A stretch of 64,000 nt of DNA, from positions 1-64,000 of IMG/VR virus record IMGVR_UViG_3300035182_000466; one strand, given 5' to 3'. Of this stretch, positions 42,101 through 50,813 are shown piece after piece (position 1 is the first letter of the stretch; each line of letters begins with the position of its first letter). The notes under the pieces were generated by a model. The model did no database searches, had not been told where the DNA came from, and saw only the letters and a list, made by a program, of their open reading frames with translations. The stretch is from a virus. Both the position numbers and the translations under genes were made by a program.

Positions 42101-45100
42101 CAGCAATATAAACACAATGATGACTAATGGTAGAACTGTTGCTGACGGCATTGCTTATAATGTTACATCTTTAACGGCTACTCAGGCTACTTGCTCTGCA
42201 ACTGTATTAGGTATTGCTGAAGGAGATGAAGTACTACTCATTAACTTACAAGGACCAAATGGTGGTTCTTATGTAAACGTAGGTAACTATGAAACCTTAA
42301 GAATTAAGTCAATAGTTAATAATATTGTTACCTTTGCCACTAATAAACAGAAGTATTATGGTAACGGAGTATCTGATGATACTAATATTGGAACTGCAAC
42401 AAGTAATCAAAGAGTTATTTTACAACGTATTCCTAACTACAATAATGTTACAATTAATTCCGGTGTTACCTTAACCTGTAATGGTTGGGATGGGCAAAAA
42501 GGCGGAATAGTAGTATTTAAATCTGCTGGAACATTAACTAATAATGGAACTATTGATGTTAGTGGTAAGGGCTATAGTGGTGGAAATGCTACTATCGGTG
42601 AAGGATTAAACGGTATTGGTGGACTTGGTGGTGGAGGATATTATACTTATGGTTATAGTAGTGGCACTTTTTCTGGTGGAGCAGGCGGTAACGTTATTGC
42701 AGGTGCAGGTGGCTACGGTGCTACTCCTGGAGGTTCATCTTATAATACCTCGCTAAATAATGAAAAATTATATTTTGGCGCAGGTGGTGGCTCTAGTAAA
42801 GGATCCTCTTATGGAAATACTGGAGTAGGTGGTTCTGGCGGAGGTATTGTACTAATATCCTCCTATGCTATTGGGGCCAGCTCTTTAATAACTGCTAAAG
42901 GTGCTGCAGGTACTGTGGGTGTATATTCAGGAATGTTTGCTCAAGGTGGTGGAGGTGCAGGTGGTACAATTCTTATTAATACACTAACTCTTACCTTAGG
43001 TACAAATAGTAGTGATGCATCTGGCTCACCTACTTATTCACAAGGTTCATATGGTAGGATCGTCTACAATTATAGTACTAAATCAGGTACTATATCTGCA
43101 GCTTCCTTATTGAAAGAAAACGTTGTAACTTTATATCCATTATCTGCTACACTTAAATCAGTAAACGTATTATCTTCTTATGCTAGTGTTACTGATATCC
43201 AGTCATTTAAGTATTATTTACCACAGCTTCCGGCTAATACTAGTGCAACAATTCAATTTAGCCAGAATGAAACTTCATGGTACTCTTCAACTGGTGTTAT
43301 TAATACAACCGACACTTTACTTAGTGGTAATAATACTATTGATTTGTCTAGTTTACTCTGGACGGGATCTAATTTATACTATAAGATAGTCTTTACTTCA
43401 GATGGGAAAGATACCCCATCTTTAGATACTATTTTAGTTAATTTTGCTCCAGTATATTATTACTCCTCTGAGCAGTATTGGGAGTCTGATAAGTTTATTG
43501 CACCTACAAACTCTGAGCATTCCTTAGCTTCATTAAAGGTAACTATTCAGAAAGCCACAAATGATGTAGCAATTACTCCCCGCTTCCAGATATTAGGTTC
43601 ACAAACTGGGGTATTCCTAGGTGAAGAAACAGTTCTTCCTTCTATTTCTACTTATTTAGAAGAAAGTTCTGCAATATCAACAAGCCCTGATTATGAATGG
43701 GACTTAACTTCAATATCTAATAAGTTTAAGTATTGGAAGGTGCGTTCTTACTTAGCTTCAGGTGGTGATTTATTAGATAGTCCTACTATTAGTAATATTC
43801 AACTTAAGCTAGTAGGAACACCTACTGTTAACTTAGTATCTAGAGGTACTTGGAATAATACAGATCAGTATTATGCTGATGATATTGTTATCTATAAGAA
43901 TAGTCTTTGGAGAGCAAAAGTAGATAACCTTAATCAGACTCCAGTTGAGGGTAGTACCTGGACATTATACTTACAAGGTATGAATAACACCGGAGTCTGG
44001 AACTCAGGTACTATTTATGATAAGAATGATATTGTTACTTTCCATGGACAAACTTGGAGAGCATTACAATTAAATTCTAATCAAGAGCCAGCAGAAAATA
44101 CTTACTGGACAATGTACGCAGGTGGACAAAACTTTGTAGGGACTTGGATAGATTCTGTAAACTACAAGGTTGCAGATATTGTAACTTATAGAGGTAATAC
44201 TTGGCGCTGTATAAGTAATCATACTTCTGTAGCAGGTACTCCTCCTATTGAAGGCGCAAACTGGACTATTTATTCAAGCGGTATAAATAATATGGGTCAG
44301 TGGAGTTCTACTACTCAGTACACCTTGAATGATGTTGTTCAATACGCAAATGGTTACTGGCGTTGTAAGACATTGCATACAAATCAAATTCCTGCTGATG
44401 GTACTTACTGGGAAAGTATCGCAAGAGGTATCTACAATCAAAAAGGAACTTGGAGTGCAGCAACTCAGTATGCAGTAGATGATGTTGTTTCTTATTCAAG
44501 TGGAGTTTGGCACTGTTTGGTAGCTAATATAAATAGTGCACCTACAAATACCAATAGTAATTGGGAGTCTATTGCTCAAGGATATACTGATAAAGGAGTA
44601 TGGAGCTCTGCATCTGCTTACTTATTTAATGATGTAGTAACTTATGGCGGGTCCAAGTATAGGTGTATCCTTGCCAATACTAACCAAGTTCCTTCTAGTG
44701 CTGATACTTACTGGCAAGTGTATATTCAAGGTCAGGACTTTAAAGGTGCATGGAGTGCAGCAACGGCATATAAGAAACAAGACATGGTTCAGTTTGGTGG
44801 ACAAGTATATATTGCATTACAAGATGGTACTAATCAGAAACCTTCAACTGCTAATACCTATTGGTCAATTTACAATAAAGGTGTAGAGTTTAAAGGTACT
44901 TGGAACAATGCAACAACCTATGAACCAGGTCAAGTAATTGTAAATGGTGGAACCGCTTGGTACTGTTTAACGACCAATGTTAATAGTGCTCCTGTCGAAG
45001 GTGCTAACTGGACATTGTATGGTCGTGGTGTAGTAGCAAAAGGTTCTTGGTCAAATTCTGCTGTTTATGCAGTAGATGATTTAGTTTCGTATGAAGGCCA

Positions 45101-46157
45101 AGTATGGCAATGTAAACTTTCTAATACTAACCAGGCTCCACAAGAAAATACTTATTGGACATTATTTGTTGCAAAAGGTGGAGGATTGTTTGCACGTGGT
45201 CCATGGGATATTTCTACTGAGTATAATCTAGACGACATTGTTACTTATGAAGGATCTACTTGGAGATCATTATTATTACATTCTGGAATTGCTCCAAATA
45301 GTAGTCCTACTACTTGGGAGAAATTAGCTGCTAAGGGCGACCCAGGTTTATACGGAAAAGGTGAGTATTCTGCTTCAACTACCTACAACTCCGGAGATCT
45401 TGTTAGTTACATGTATTCATCTTATGCCTGTAACTTTGACAACACTACTGGTTTTGTGCCTACAGATACAAGTAAATGGACGCTTGTTGCAGAGCAAGGA
45501 TTAGAAGGATGCTATTGGAAAGGTCAATGGAATTCAAATAATACATATATTATGGATGATGTTGTATTTGATTCTGGTGGAAGTTGGATTGCTTTACAGA
45601 CTAATGTTAATAAGCGTCCTAGTCTTGATGGTGGTTTAAATTGGGATAAATTTACTGAACCTGGGCAATCAACTGTTTCTGCATATTTAGATGGTGGCAC
45701 AATTGCTGAAGGTGATGGAGGTATCATTGGTGTATCAATTGATGACACTCAATTATCTGGTAGCTACTTAACTACTTGGAGTAGTGCTAAGATTTGGGAA
45801 ATGACGCAGAAGCCTAAGCTGTTTAATTACTCAGAAAAATTTATTGACTTAGGTAACTCAGGAGCAAATTGCGTACTTAATTTAGCAAACGCCAATGTAT
45901 TCAAAGTTCTATTAACAGCTAATTGTACTTTTTCTTTTACTGGAGCACAAATAGGTTCATTAACAAGTTTCTCTTTAATCATTCAAAATGACGCTACTCC
46001 CAATCGCACAATTAGTTGGCCCTTAAGTACTAAGTGGGAGTCTGCTATTATTCCCTATAGAACTACCGGTGCAAATGCTATTGATATTTGGACTTTCTTC
46101 TCATATGATGGAGGGAATACTTGGATTGGTAGTCTAACTATGGTAGATATAAGATAG
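33132..46157 (+). CDS. Giant (4341 aa) repeat fibre/adhesin protein
   Basis: Mtd_N-like start; about 44 copies of GxW-x5-Y-x3-DxVxYxGxxW...P...W (CBM5/12-like); three paralogous beta-rich modules, two with Gly-rich inserts. Confidence 0.9.
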   Translation: MKLLIKRGLDTTRQLITFDEGELILATDTGQLFIGDGKTAGGIKISPSLKGLWSEKTFAVNDIVSNNGSSYFCKVAHTGTSLTEPGLGANWDQYWQLMSEKGEIGIQVKGDWDATQSYSVGDFVSYLGSAWVCKTPCVNVVPENGTYWILASEKGDRGLYPEGIWSNATNYKKDSIVVYNGEVFRSLVDNNKNSVPDKNAQNWEKFVSKGYTHKGEYQVATSYTNDDIVFYSGSTWRCISETTEAPDTTSSSWELVAGGIVVRGKWSNASNYQKNDIVEHAGSTWRSNSVNVTSEPSLNNTDWELVSGGIVAKGEWQDSIEYDINDIVAYSSSTWRAKVKTTSKPSKSNVDWELLSGGLSIKGDWDKNISYKLNDLVYHKGSSYLNNQDVNLGNEPSITDSTWSVLGKRGLYHRGAWSNATQYYAGDAVSYHGESWYALSDSLNITPAEGLTWTLLSSKGTIFKGQWVLTSEYKVDDLVTHNGSMWISLVDSTNSEPSLTNTDWLLVASKGDKGIQPIGQWSNSTNYVVGDFVNYLGSGYISKGNTPSGTLPTEESFWAKVVDKGDKGVYPQGQWSKSKTYKMDDIVVYNGQVFRSLIDNNLNIIPVGDSTWELFLYKGYTNKGVWNNSSVYQVDDLVVYASSLWRAITSGSNNNPAITKDTNWELVAGGITLRNAWDSNTAYKINDIVTYSNSTWLSKTENTNSEPTTSSSDWEVMTSGVSFAGTWASTSKFNKNDIVLYKGNSYISLISNNLNNEPSDLSSYWSLVAKKGIVARGAWSNITQYYAGDVVHYLGNSWYALNDSLNVIPVEGITWTLLASKGMSVKGQWLSGTSYLKDDVVFEDGSSWLALADNTNSRPVTGNSNWTLITQKGDKGIQVKGDWNETVTYELGDLVYYNGSGYVAKGSVAANVVPTDSENWSKIVSKGDKGDPGKNFTIAKVYASSLDLHSDVTPSNIEPGEFAIINTGNVEADEDARLYLWNGSSYQYITDMSGLQGIQGPRGMNHKGDYNVSYEYAKDDAVIYGGSYYVSLQDSNLSNLPITHPAYWAMVASKGDYGIKMRGEWNLSDIYTVHDSVSFNGSHWICIQDHSGIAPEENAYWTLLVHKGDAGVPGPQGAPGFNSLEVQYAGSQIGNSVSKVDFVGGGSNISYDAANAKIVIDIEGNTAGSMSWSNGADFVQGTKTEKIKIVGDSITLGYENGEYIEDCYSLVNANLSKTTIVSVGGELVSGKNGSNYLTSSTFTSVNVLSGKLNTLVESFSYVTTSIPDRCEAKLQFSQDGISWVSASGVVNEYTELLVGSNTLDLTALNYVTPNFYYKLTYLSDGTATPSVSDIRISYSPKVYASTNQTWTSNVITSRDYRSIKLTAFKAAWSVTAQNVKPRFRIAASDVEDFSSGVTYFPSAYLYYQNGSTAHIENGVWLDLSAVITSSKKYWKIIAVLNSGTDTNNAPVISQLDVSYLIDPVVPVMGKTFTSKGTWNINTPYVENDLVEYNGSLWYSETKNLGSTPSVISSDWGLFASKGDKGDKGDRGDIGIQGPQGIAGLIAKGEWSSGTTYGPFDVVQYANGIWKSKQTNNSNNIPSQSPDNWELLVQGMNVKSDWSSATSYAKNDLVTYANAVYCSLIDLNVNNVPVDGSKWKLLTQGLSAKGSWSSSTNYYYNDLVTYKGTTYRSITNNNLNNTPPINASDSNWDILSKRGLALRGVWSSLTQYYEGDVVSYNGQSFASIQNSLNVIPVEEEYWTLIASSGLADRGAWASGLTYEPNDLVFYDGSTWRCLAQNINVEPVQGTEWTIFARQGQIGPQGNIGPIGPKGDPGTNIVPMGIWNEWTTYPIDACVTYEGSAWRSLGTTTGDTPQLGSSAWEIFLEGSSAPERLSSTQNIWDKSLAFNNQNAIFTDGLQKPSVDNVIRLAQTGGTFYDAYSNFNNINAAQSSNYAYDVFKAGIGIKKEIDYGTGADGNITISANSNINVMMTNGRTQPDGISFNVTSLTSNTAVLSSVPNVGALNVNDEVILINLMGTPTNYSNVGNYEFLRVKSVSGSIITFQTNKTKFYGQNSLEDTNIGITPGTNQIVVIQRVPNYNNVTINSGVSLTCNNWNELLGGIIAFRVSGSLSNFGVITAEGKGYLGGAFPGNSTGEGPGYKNFGSTGITYSAIGGGSDTNSYVNFSYVNSRGGGGGYRTQGICCANFNINPTSIDPYGTTYGDDYLIKLYFGSGGGIAYNGSATVNGGNGGGIVFIGANSISLLGSILSPGTSGSTTLTGYCDPGAGAGGSILIKTISLITGTNILNTKGAAQLDSANIWNDSIFGGSGIAAVYYKNKSGAITSSGTTKEYPILEYSTSSVVSSINLLASPTTVTNIKKYNYTMSQLPNGTTAKIQFSKDGTSWYNSSGIQNQSNLMNTGSRSIDLTNLGWTGKNLYTKITLTSDGTGTPIIQNYTIEFDPIIYTSSEQSWTSNTINAPLNQEHRLKYMSIIWNYAENDFAVNPKFQLLASNTGAFSGEETIFPAGIGTYFQEGGTYDFHPGEEVDLTQLTQTGFKYYRVKAYLVAGGDYSDTPEITSIEIGLMGQPTLNLVNRGSWNNAVNYSVGDIVTDNGILWRCLVNNTNSQPTATNSNWQLYLTKGLSYKGTYSAAVSYILDDIVEYHGQLYKALKTTTGNTPVEGSNWTILLDSLKYVGAWNSSTLYAGSDVVTYHGQLWKALATSTNVIPVEGANWTLLNNGLNITGTWNSATAYAANDIVVYANSIWKCNSNNTNSIPSVDNVSNWTLYAGGLAAKSEWSSVANYQINDLVTYSGTTWRCTQANTNQTPSVGAYWEIFAAKGEKGDASTIPGPQGIQGIPGLSGSGLTFKGPWDFSVEYSQDDCVEYLGSAWRSVANSNSNNYPDSSSSWELFVQGANSPTRVSTNTKVWNGSLAFNAKGTIFSTGIESPSIDGKLKLEYESGLFKEKFENYFKLDSAITSNIIIRSGRVEIKPNIDYGTGLDGNIIISSNSNINTMMTNGRTVADGIAYNVTSLTATQATCSATVLGIAEGDEVLLINLQGPNGGSYVNVGNYETLRIKSIVNNIVTFATNKQKYYGNGVSDDTNIGTATSNQRVILQRIPNYNNVTINSGVTLTCNGWDGQKGGIVVFKSAGTLTNNGTIDVSGKGYSGGNATIGEGLNGIGGLGGGGYYTYGYSSGTFSGGAGGNVIAGAGGYGATPGGSSYNTSLNNEKLYFGAGGGSSKGSSYGNTGVGGSGGGIVLISSYAIGASSLITAKGAAGTVGVYSGMFAQGGGGAGGTILINTLTLTLGTNSSDASGSPTYSQGSYGRIVYNYSTKSGTISAASLLKENVVTLYPLSATLKSVNVLSSYASVTDIQSFKYYLPQLPANTSATIQFSQNETSWYSSTGVINTTDTLLSGNNTIDLSSLLWTGSNLYYKIVFTSDGKDTPSLDTILVNFAPVYYYSSEQYWESDKFIAPTNSEHSLASLKVTIQKATNDVAITPRFQILGSQTGVFLGEETVLPSISTYLEESSAISTSPDYEWDLTSISNKFKYWKVRSYLASGGDLLDSPTISNIQLKLVGTPTVNLVSRGTWNNTDQYYADDIVIYKNSLWRAKVDNLNQTPVEGSTWTLYLQGMNNTGVWNSGTIYDKNDIVTFHGQTWRALQLNSNQEPAENTYWTMYAGGQNFVGTWIDSVNYKVADIVTYRGNTWRCISNHTSVAGTPPIEGANWTIYSSGINNMGQWSSTTQYTLNDVVQYANGYWRCKTLHTNQIPADGTYWESIARGIYNQKGTWSAATQYAVDDVVSYSSGVWHCLVANINSAPTNTNSNWESIAQGYTDKGVWSSASAYLFNDVVTYGGSKYRCILANTNQVPSSADTYWQVYIQGQDFKGAWSAATAYKKQDMVQFGGQVYIALQDGTNQKPSTANTYWSIYNKGVEFKGTWNNATTYEPGQVIVNGGTAWYCLTTNVNSAPVEGANWTLYGRGVVAKGSWSNSAVYAVDDLVSYEGQVWQCKLSNTNQAPQENTYWTLFVAKGGGLFARGPWDISTEYNLDDIVTYEGSTWRSLLLHSGIAPNSSPTTWEKLAAKGDPGLYGKGEYSASTTYNSGDLVSYMYSSYACNFDNTTGFVPTDTSKWTLVAEQGLEGCYWKGQWNSNNTYIMDDVVFDSGGSWIALQTNVNKRPSLDGGLNWDKFTEPGQSTVSAYLDGGTIAEGDGGIIGVSIDDTQLSGSYLTTWSSAKIWEMTQKPKLFNYSEKFIDLGNSGANCVLNLANANVFKVLLTANCTFSFTGAQIGSLTSFSLIIQNDATPNRTISWPLSTKWESAIIPYRTTGANAIDIWTFFSYDGGNTWIGSLTMVDIR

Positions 46158-46219
46158 AAGTTATAGATAAATTGGAGGAGAGCACTAAATCTGTGTTCTC
46201 CTCTACTAAAGGAGTTAGT

Positions 46220-47248
46220 ATGCTATCTGCACTAAAATTTGCTTTAAAACTACAACAACCTAGTATTTCAAATAGAGTATCCTCTGTAAATGGTCTATTT
46301 AATAGTAATCAATATAACTTAAATACTTCTCAGGTATCTGTTCCGTCTCCATGGTCGATTGCTACTGATTTTCCTGTTGAACTTGGAAATAGCTATGGTG
46401 ATGGATTGGTTGCTGGTAATAAAGCTTATATTGTTGCAGGCTACCAATCCAGTGTTTATTCAGCAACAATATTAGATAATGGTACTTTATCAAGTTGGTC
46501 TAATGTTAGTACATATCCTATTGCTGACATCAGAGGTGGAGCATGTTTTATAGCGTATAATAGGTTATTCTATTTAGGGGGCGTTAATTCTTCTAATAAT
46601 GGATATTCTTTATGTTATAATAATTTATTAAATCCAGATTATACTTTGTCATCTTGGACGCAACTAGCTAGCTTGCCAGTAGGTCTTTACTATAGTAGTT
46701 ATATCTTGACAAGAAAAGGAATATATATTTTAGGTGGGAAGCAAAATCCATATGTTAGTAATAGAAATATTTATTTCTCTAAGATTTTAAAAACTGGAAT
46801 AATAAGTAGTTGGGAGACTGTAGGAACTACCTCCTTTGATGTAATGAAAGTATTGGCAGTTATTGGTAATAAAGTATATATAACTGATAATAGTGACACA
46901 CTTAAAATATATAAAGTTACTATATCTAATGATGGCTCTTTATCCTCGTTCTCTTTTTATGCTAATTGCCCGATACCTTCATACAATATATTTCAAAATA
47001 GAATTTTAGTTACTAGAACAAAACTATATGTATTTGGTCCATATCAGCAAATATATCAATCACCTATTGATGGATCTGGTAATATAGGTGATTTTACTAT
47101 TGCTGGATATCTGCCAGATGCTATATCAAGAGGACCTAGTATAATCACAACCGCTACTAAAATTTATTTAATGGGTATATTTTGGAATCATACAAACTAC
47201 TATTATGCTCCTTTTTCTGGTGGGTTAAATGAATATCCAACTTATTAA
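46220..47248 (+). CDS. Kelch-like beta-propeller protein
   Basis: Repeats YIVAG/FYLGG/YILGG...SSW. ATG 46220 follows AAAGGAG; ORF track start is 46172. Confidence 0.7.
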   Translation: MLSALKFALKLQQPSISNRVSSVNGLFNSNQYNLNTSQVSVPSPWSIATDFPVELGNSYGDGLVAGNKAYIVAGYQSSVYSATILDNGTLSSWSNVSTYPIADIRGGACFIAYNRLFYLGGVNSSNNGYSLCYNNLLNPDYTLSSWTQLASLPVGLYYSSYILTRKGIYILGGKQNPYVSNRNIYFSKILKTGIISSWETVGTTSFDVMKVLAVIGNKVYITDNSDTLKIYKVTISNDGSLSSFSFYANCPIPSYNIFQNRILVTRTKLYVFGPYQQIYQSPIDGSGNIGDFTIAGYLPDAISRGPSIITTATKIYLMGIFWNHTNYYYAPFSGGLNEYPTY

Positions 47249-47283
47249 TAATTTATGTATATATAAAATAATGTGAGGTTCAC

Positions 47284-49194
47284 ATGGCAAAATTAAAAAT
47301 TAAACGTGGAACAGACGCAGAAAGACTTCCAGTAGTCTTTGAGGTAGGAGAGCCAGTATGGACCACAGATACAAAGAAATTATATGTTGGTGATGGTCAA
47401 ACACCTGGAGGTATACAGGCAGGACTATTAACTACATTAATTTCGTGGAAAGGTGACTGGGATTCTAGTTTTCAGTACACCGAACATTCAGCCGTTTATT
47501 ACAATGGTGGTTCTTGGTTGGCTTTAATTCCTAGTTTAAACGTACAACCTGTAGAAGGAGAATATTGGACGCAAATTGCACGTAGAGGTGATCAAGGTAT
47601 TCAAGGACCAAAAGGAGATGCTGGACTTGGTTTTGCTATTAAAAAGACTTATACTACTGTAGCTTCGTTACTAGCTGATACTAATCCTACTGGTATAGTA
47701 AATGGAGAGTTTGCAATAGTCAATACTATTGATCCAAATGATGAAGAGAACTCAAGATTATACCTTTGGAATAATGGCTGGACTTATGTATCAGACTTAT
47801 CTGGTGCTCAAGGTATTAAAGGTGACAAAGGTGATAAAGGTCTACAGTATCAAGGTGCTTGGCTAAATACTACCAGTTATGTTGTAGATGACGTAGTTGT
47901 TTATAATGGTTCATCTTTTATTTGTATCCAAGCAAATACTAATCAGACTCCACAATCTGGAAACTATTGGAGTTTGGTTGCATCAAAAGGTGATAAAGGT
48001 AATGTTGGTGCACAATTCAGAGGTGTATATTCATCTAACACTACTTATGTAGTAAATGATATAGTAACCTATAACGGTTCTTCTTATATCGCTCTTAAAG
48101 AAACCTTAAATGTTGAGCCTGCAGAAAACTCTGATTGGTCTGTTCTAGCAAAACAAGGTAATGCAGGACTATCGCATAAAGGACAATGGGTTCCTGCAAC
48201 AACCTATGTAACTGGAGATTCAGTTACATTTAATGGAAGTTCATATATTTGTATACAAGATAATACTTCTGCTACTATTGATAGTACAACATCTATACCA
48301 GCTATGACTTCTAATACTACTCCATCTGGTACTGTAGATGCTTCAAGCTCTTATGATAGTAATCATTTACCATTTTATGCTGTAGATAATTCAAACACAA
48401 CTTTCTGGAACTCTACCCTTTCAAGTCCTCCACATTCTTGGCAATATACTTTTACTTCTGTAAAAGTTATAGCTCGTTATTCTATTGATGTACAAACTCA
48501 TACAAGTCAAGGTCCTAAGTCATGGTTATTTCAAGGGCTTTCTGGTGCAAACTGGGTCACTATTGAAACTCGAACAAACGTAACCAACTGGGCTTCTAAT
48601 CCTAAACAAACATTTGATATAGCAAGTCCACAAGGTTATACCTCATTTAGATTTTTGTTTAATGATTCAAACTCTTCCAATGGAGATATTGCAATCCATA
48701 ATATTGAGATGTTTAATATGCCTGGAGCAAATGTTCCTACTAATCCAGCTGTTTGGAGTTTGCTAGCCTCAAAAGGAGATACTGGATTAGGCTTTTCTAT
48801 TAAGAAGATTTACTTGTCTGTTGCCTCTTTACTAGCAGATACTAATCCTTCTAACATTGGAATTGATGAACATGCAATAATTCAAAGTAACACAGAAGAT
48901 CCTGATAATGCTAAATTGTATAGATGGTCAGGAACAAATTGGATTTATCTAGCTGATTTATCTGGAGTTTCTACTCATAGTGAACTATCTAACTTACAGG
49001 GAGGTCAGGCAGGAGAACGTTATCATCTAACTCAAGTTCAACATGATTCTTTAGTATCTGGTGAATCTACCAGTATTCACTTTCACGATTTAGACAGAGA
49101 CAGAGCTAATCACACTGGTACACAGTTATCTACTACAATTTCAGATTTTACAGAGGCAGTTCAATCTATTCCGACCGACGGCGGATATTTCTAA
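47284..49194 (+). CDS. Fibre protein: Mtd_N-like, CBM-like repeats, discoidin (F5/8C)-like domain
   Basis: KIKRGT...GEPVWTTDTKKLYVGDG; IPAMTSNTTPSG...FYAVD...WLFQG; ends TDGGYF. Confidence 0.85.
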   Translation: MAKLKIKRGTDAERLPVVFEVGEPVWTTDTKKLYVGDGQTPGGIQAGLLTTLISWKGDWDSSFQYTEHSAVYYNGGSWLALIPSLNVQPVEGEYWTQIARRGDQGIQGPKGDAGLGFAIKKTYTTVASLLADTNPTGIVNGEFAIVNTIDPNDEENSRLYLWNNGWTYVSDLSGAQGIKGDKGDKGLQYQGAWLNTTSYVVDDVVVYNGSSFICIQANTNQTPQSGNYWSLVASKGDKGNVGAQFRGVYSSNTTYVVNDIVTYNGSSYIALKETLNVEPAENSDWSVLAKQGNAGLSHKGQWVPATTYVTGDSVTFNGSSYICIQDNTSATIDSTTSIPAMTSNTTPSGTVDASSSYDSNHLPFYAVDNSNTTFWNSTLSSPPHSWQYTFTSVKVIARYSIDVQTHTSQGPKSWLFQGLSGANWVTIETRTNVTNWASNPKQTFDIASPQGYTSFRFLFNDSNSSNGDIAIHNIEMFNMPGANVPTNPAVWSLLASKGDTGLGFSIKKIYLSVASLLADTNPSNIGIDEHAIIQSNTEDPDNAKLYRWSGTNWIYLADLSGVSTHSELSNLQGGQAGERYHLTQVQHDSLVSGESTSIHFHDLDRDRANHTGTQLSTTISDFTEAVQSIPTDGGYF

Positions 49195-49209
49195 CAAAGG
49201 AGAAACAAA

Positions 49210-50511
49210 ATGAGTTTAATCAAAATTAAGCGTAGTACAACGACCTTAGTTCCATCATCATTAGCAGAAGGCGAATTAGCTTATTCAGAACTTAGTGATA
49301 AGTTATTTATTGGTAAATCTGGTAATAACATGGCTGTAATTGGTGGTTCTGGTGAATTTGCAAAAGTAATTGGACAAACTTTTATTGATCCAGAAGCAAA
49401 CACTCCTTCTACTTCAGACAATAGTAATAAACTTGCTACTACTCAGTATGTAAAAGCTCAAGGGTATATAACTAGCAATGCTGCTATTACTGTATCAGGT
49501 GACGCTACTGGTACTGGTACTACTTCAATAGCATTGACATTAGCAGATACTGGCGTAGTAGCTGGTGATTACTATAAGGTAAATGTAGATTCAAAAGGCC
49601 GTGTACTAAGTGGATATAATGCATTAGTTCCTAATGATATTCCAGTTTTAACTTCTGCAAAAATTTCTGACTTTAATACTCAAGTACGTATCAATAGGCT
49701 TGATCAGTTGGCTATGCCACAAGCTACAGTAGACATGAATAATCAACGTCTTACTGGCTTACCTGTACCTACTCAAAACTCTGATGCTGCTACTAAGCAA
49801 TATGTTGATTATGTAGCTCAAGGACTGGATGTAAAGCAGTCAGTTCTCGTAGCAACTACTGAAAATATTAGTCTTAATGACGTTCAGACAATTGATAACG
49901 TAACGTTAACTGCTGGTGAAAGAGTACTAGTAAAAAATCAGACCAATGCTGTTGAGAATGGTATTTATGTAGTTGTGGCTGGTGGAGCATGGGTACGTTC
50001 TAATGATTGTAACAACTCTGGTGTAGCTTCTGTAACTTCTGGTGTATATGTTTTCGTTGAAACTGGTGATATTGGTATTGGTACTGGTTGGGTTATTACT
50101 ACACCAAATAGTGCTACTTATTCTATAAATAATGTACCTGCTATTGAACTTGGAGTACAAGCTATTCATTGGACACAGTTTAACGGCGCTGGTGGTGTTA
50201 CAAGTGCAGCAGGTCCTGGCTTGTGGATAAATTCAGGTGAACTATCTGTAGGTGCTGGCCCTGGAATTGAAGTAACTGCAAATGCTGTTCAAATTTCTGC
50301 CACCTACGCTGGTCAAACCAGTATTAATACTATTGGAACTGTAACAACTGGTACTTGGAAAGGAACAGCTATTGACGTAGCTTATGGTGGTACTGGTAAC
50401 TCAAGTCTTTCAGGTATCCTTAAAGGTAATGGAACCTCCGCAATACAATCTGCTGTTGCAGGGGTAGATTTCTTAGCTCCTGAGTCAGAGATAGACGGCG
50501 GAACATTCTAA
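49210..50511 (+). CDS. Fibre protein
   Basis: IKIKRS...EGELAYSE; DAATKQYVD; GERVLVKNQT..ENGIY; ends IDGGTF. Confidence 0.85.
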   Translation: MSLIKIKRSTTTLVPSSLAEGELAYSELSDKLFIGKSGNNMAVIGGSGEFAKVIGQTFIDPEANTPSTSDNSNKLATTQYVKAQGYITSNAAITVSGDATGTGTTSIALTLADTGVVAGDYYKVNVDSKGRVLSGYNALVPNDIPVLTSAKISDFNTQVRINRLDQLAMPQATVDMNNQRLTGLPVPTQNSDAATKQYVDYVAQGLDVKQSVLVATTENISLNDVQTIDNVTLTAGERVLVKNQTNAVENGIYVVVAGGAWVRSNDCNNSGVASVTSGVYVFVETGDIGIGTGWVITTPNSATYSINNVPAIELGVQAIHWTQFNGAGGVTSAAGPGLWINSGELSVGAGPGIEVTANAVQISATYAGQTSINTIGTVTTGTWKGTAIDVAYGGTGNSSLSGILKGNGTSAIQSAVAGVDFLAPESEIDGGTF

Positions 50512-50523
50512 GTATAAATTAAA

Positions 50524-50556
50524 AGTAGGTAGGGAGATTTTATTTCCCTACCTACT
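50524..50556 (+). terminator. Intergenic hairpin (terminator-like)
   Basis: 12-bp stem AGTAGGTAGGGA/TCCCTACCTACT. Confidence 0.6.
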
Positions 50557-50813
50557 GTAGTAAAGTTAGTATAACCAATTAGAGTATATAGCTGTTTATT
50601 AATCTTCTAGGTACTATCTATAGCAGAATAGAGGAACCTACATGATTACAAAACACATAATACTTGTATTGGTATAACTTCTAATTATCCCGTATATCTT
50701 CCTCCTGTAGATGATGATGCTAATAAGATAATTATATGGTAGTAGAAAACATCTAAAATAAAATGTCTTAGTATATACTAAGAAGCATAACTAAGAAGAA
50801 AAGGAGAATCCAC

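Noticed and set aside
50580-50760. Possible gene remnant after GAGGAACCTACATG
   Set aside because: Only 11 codons precede a stop and I recognise no homology; too weak to call.
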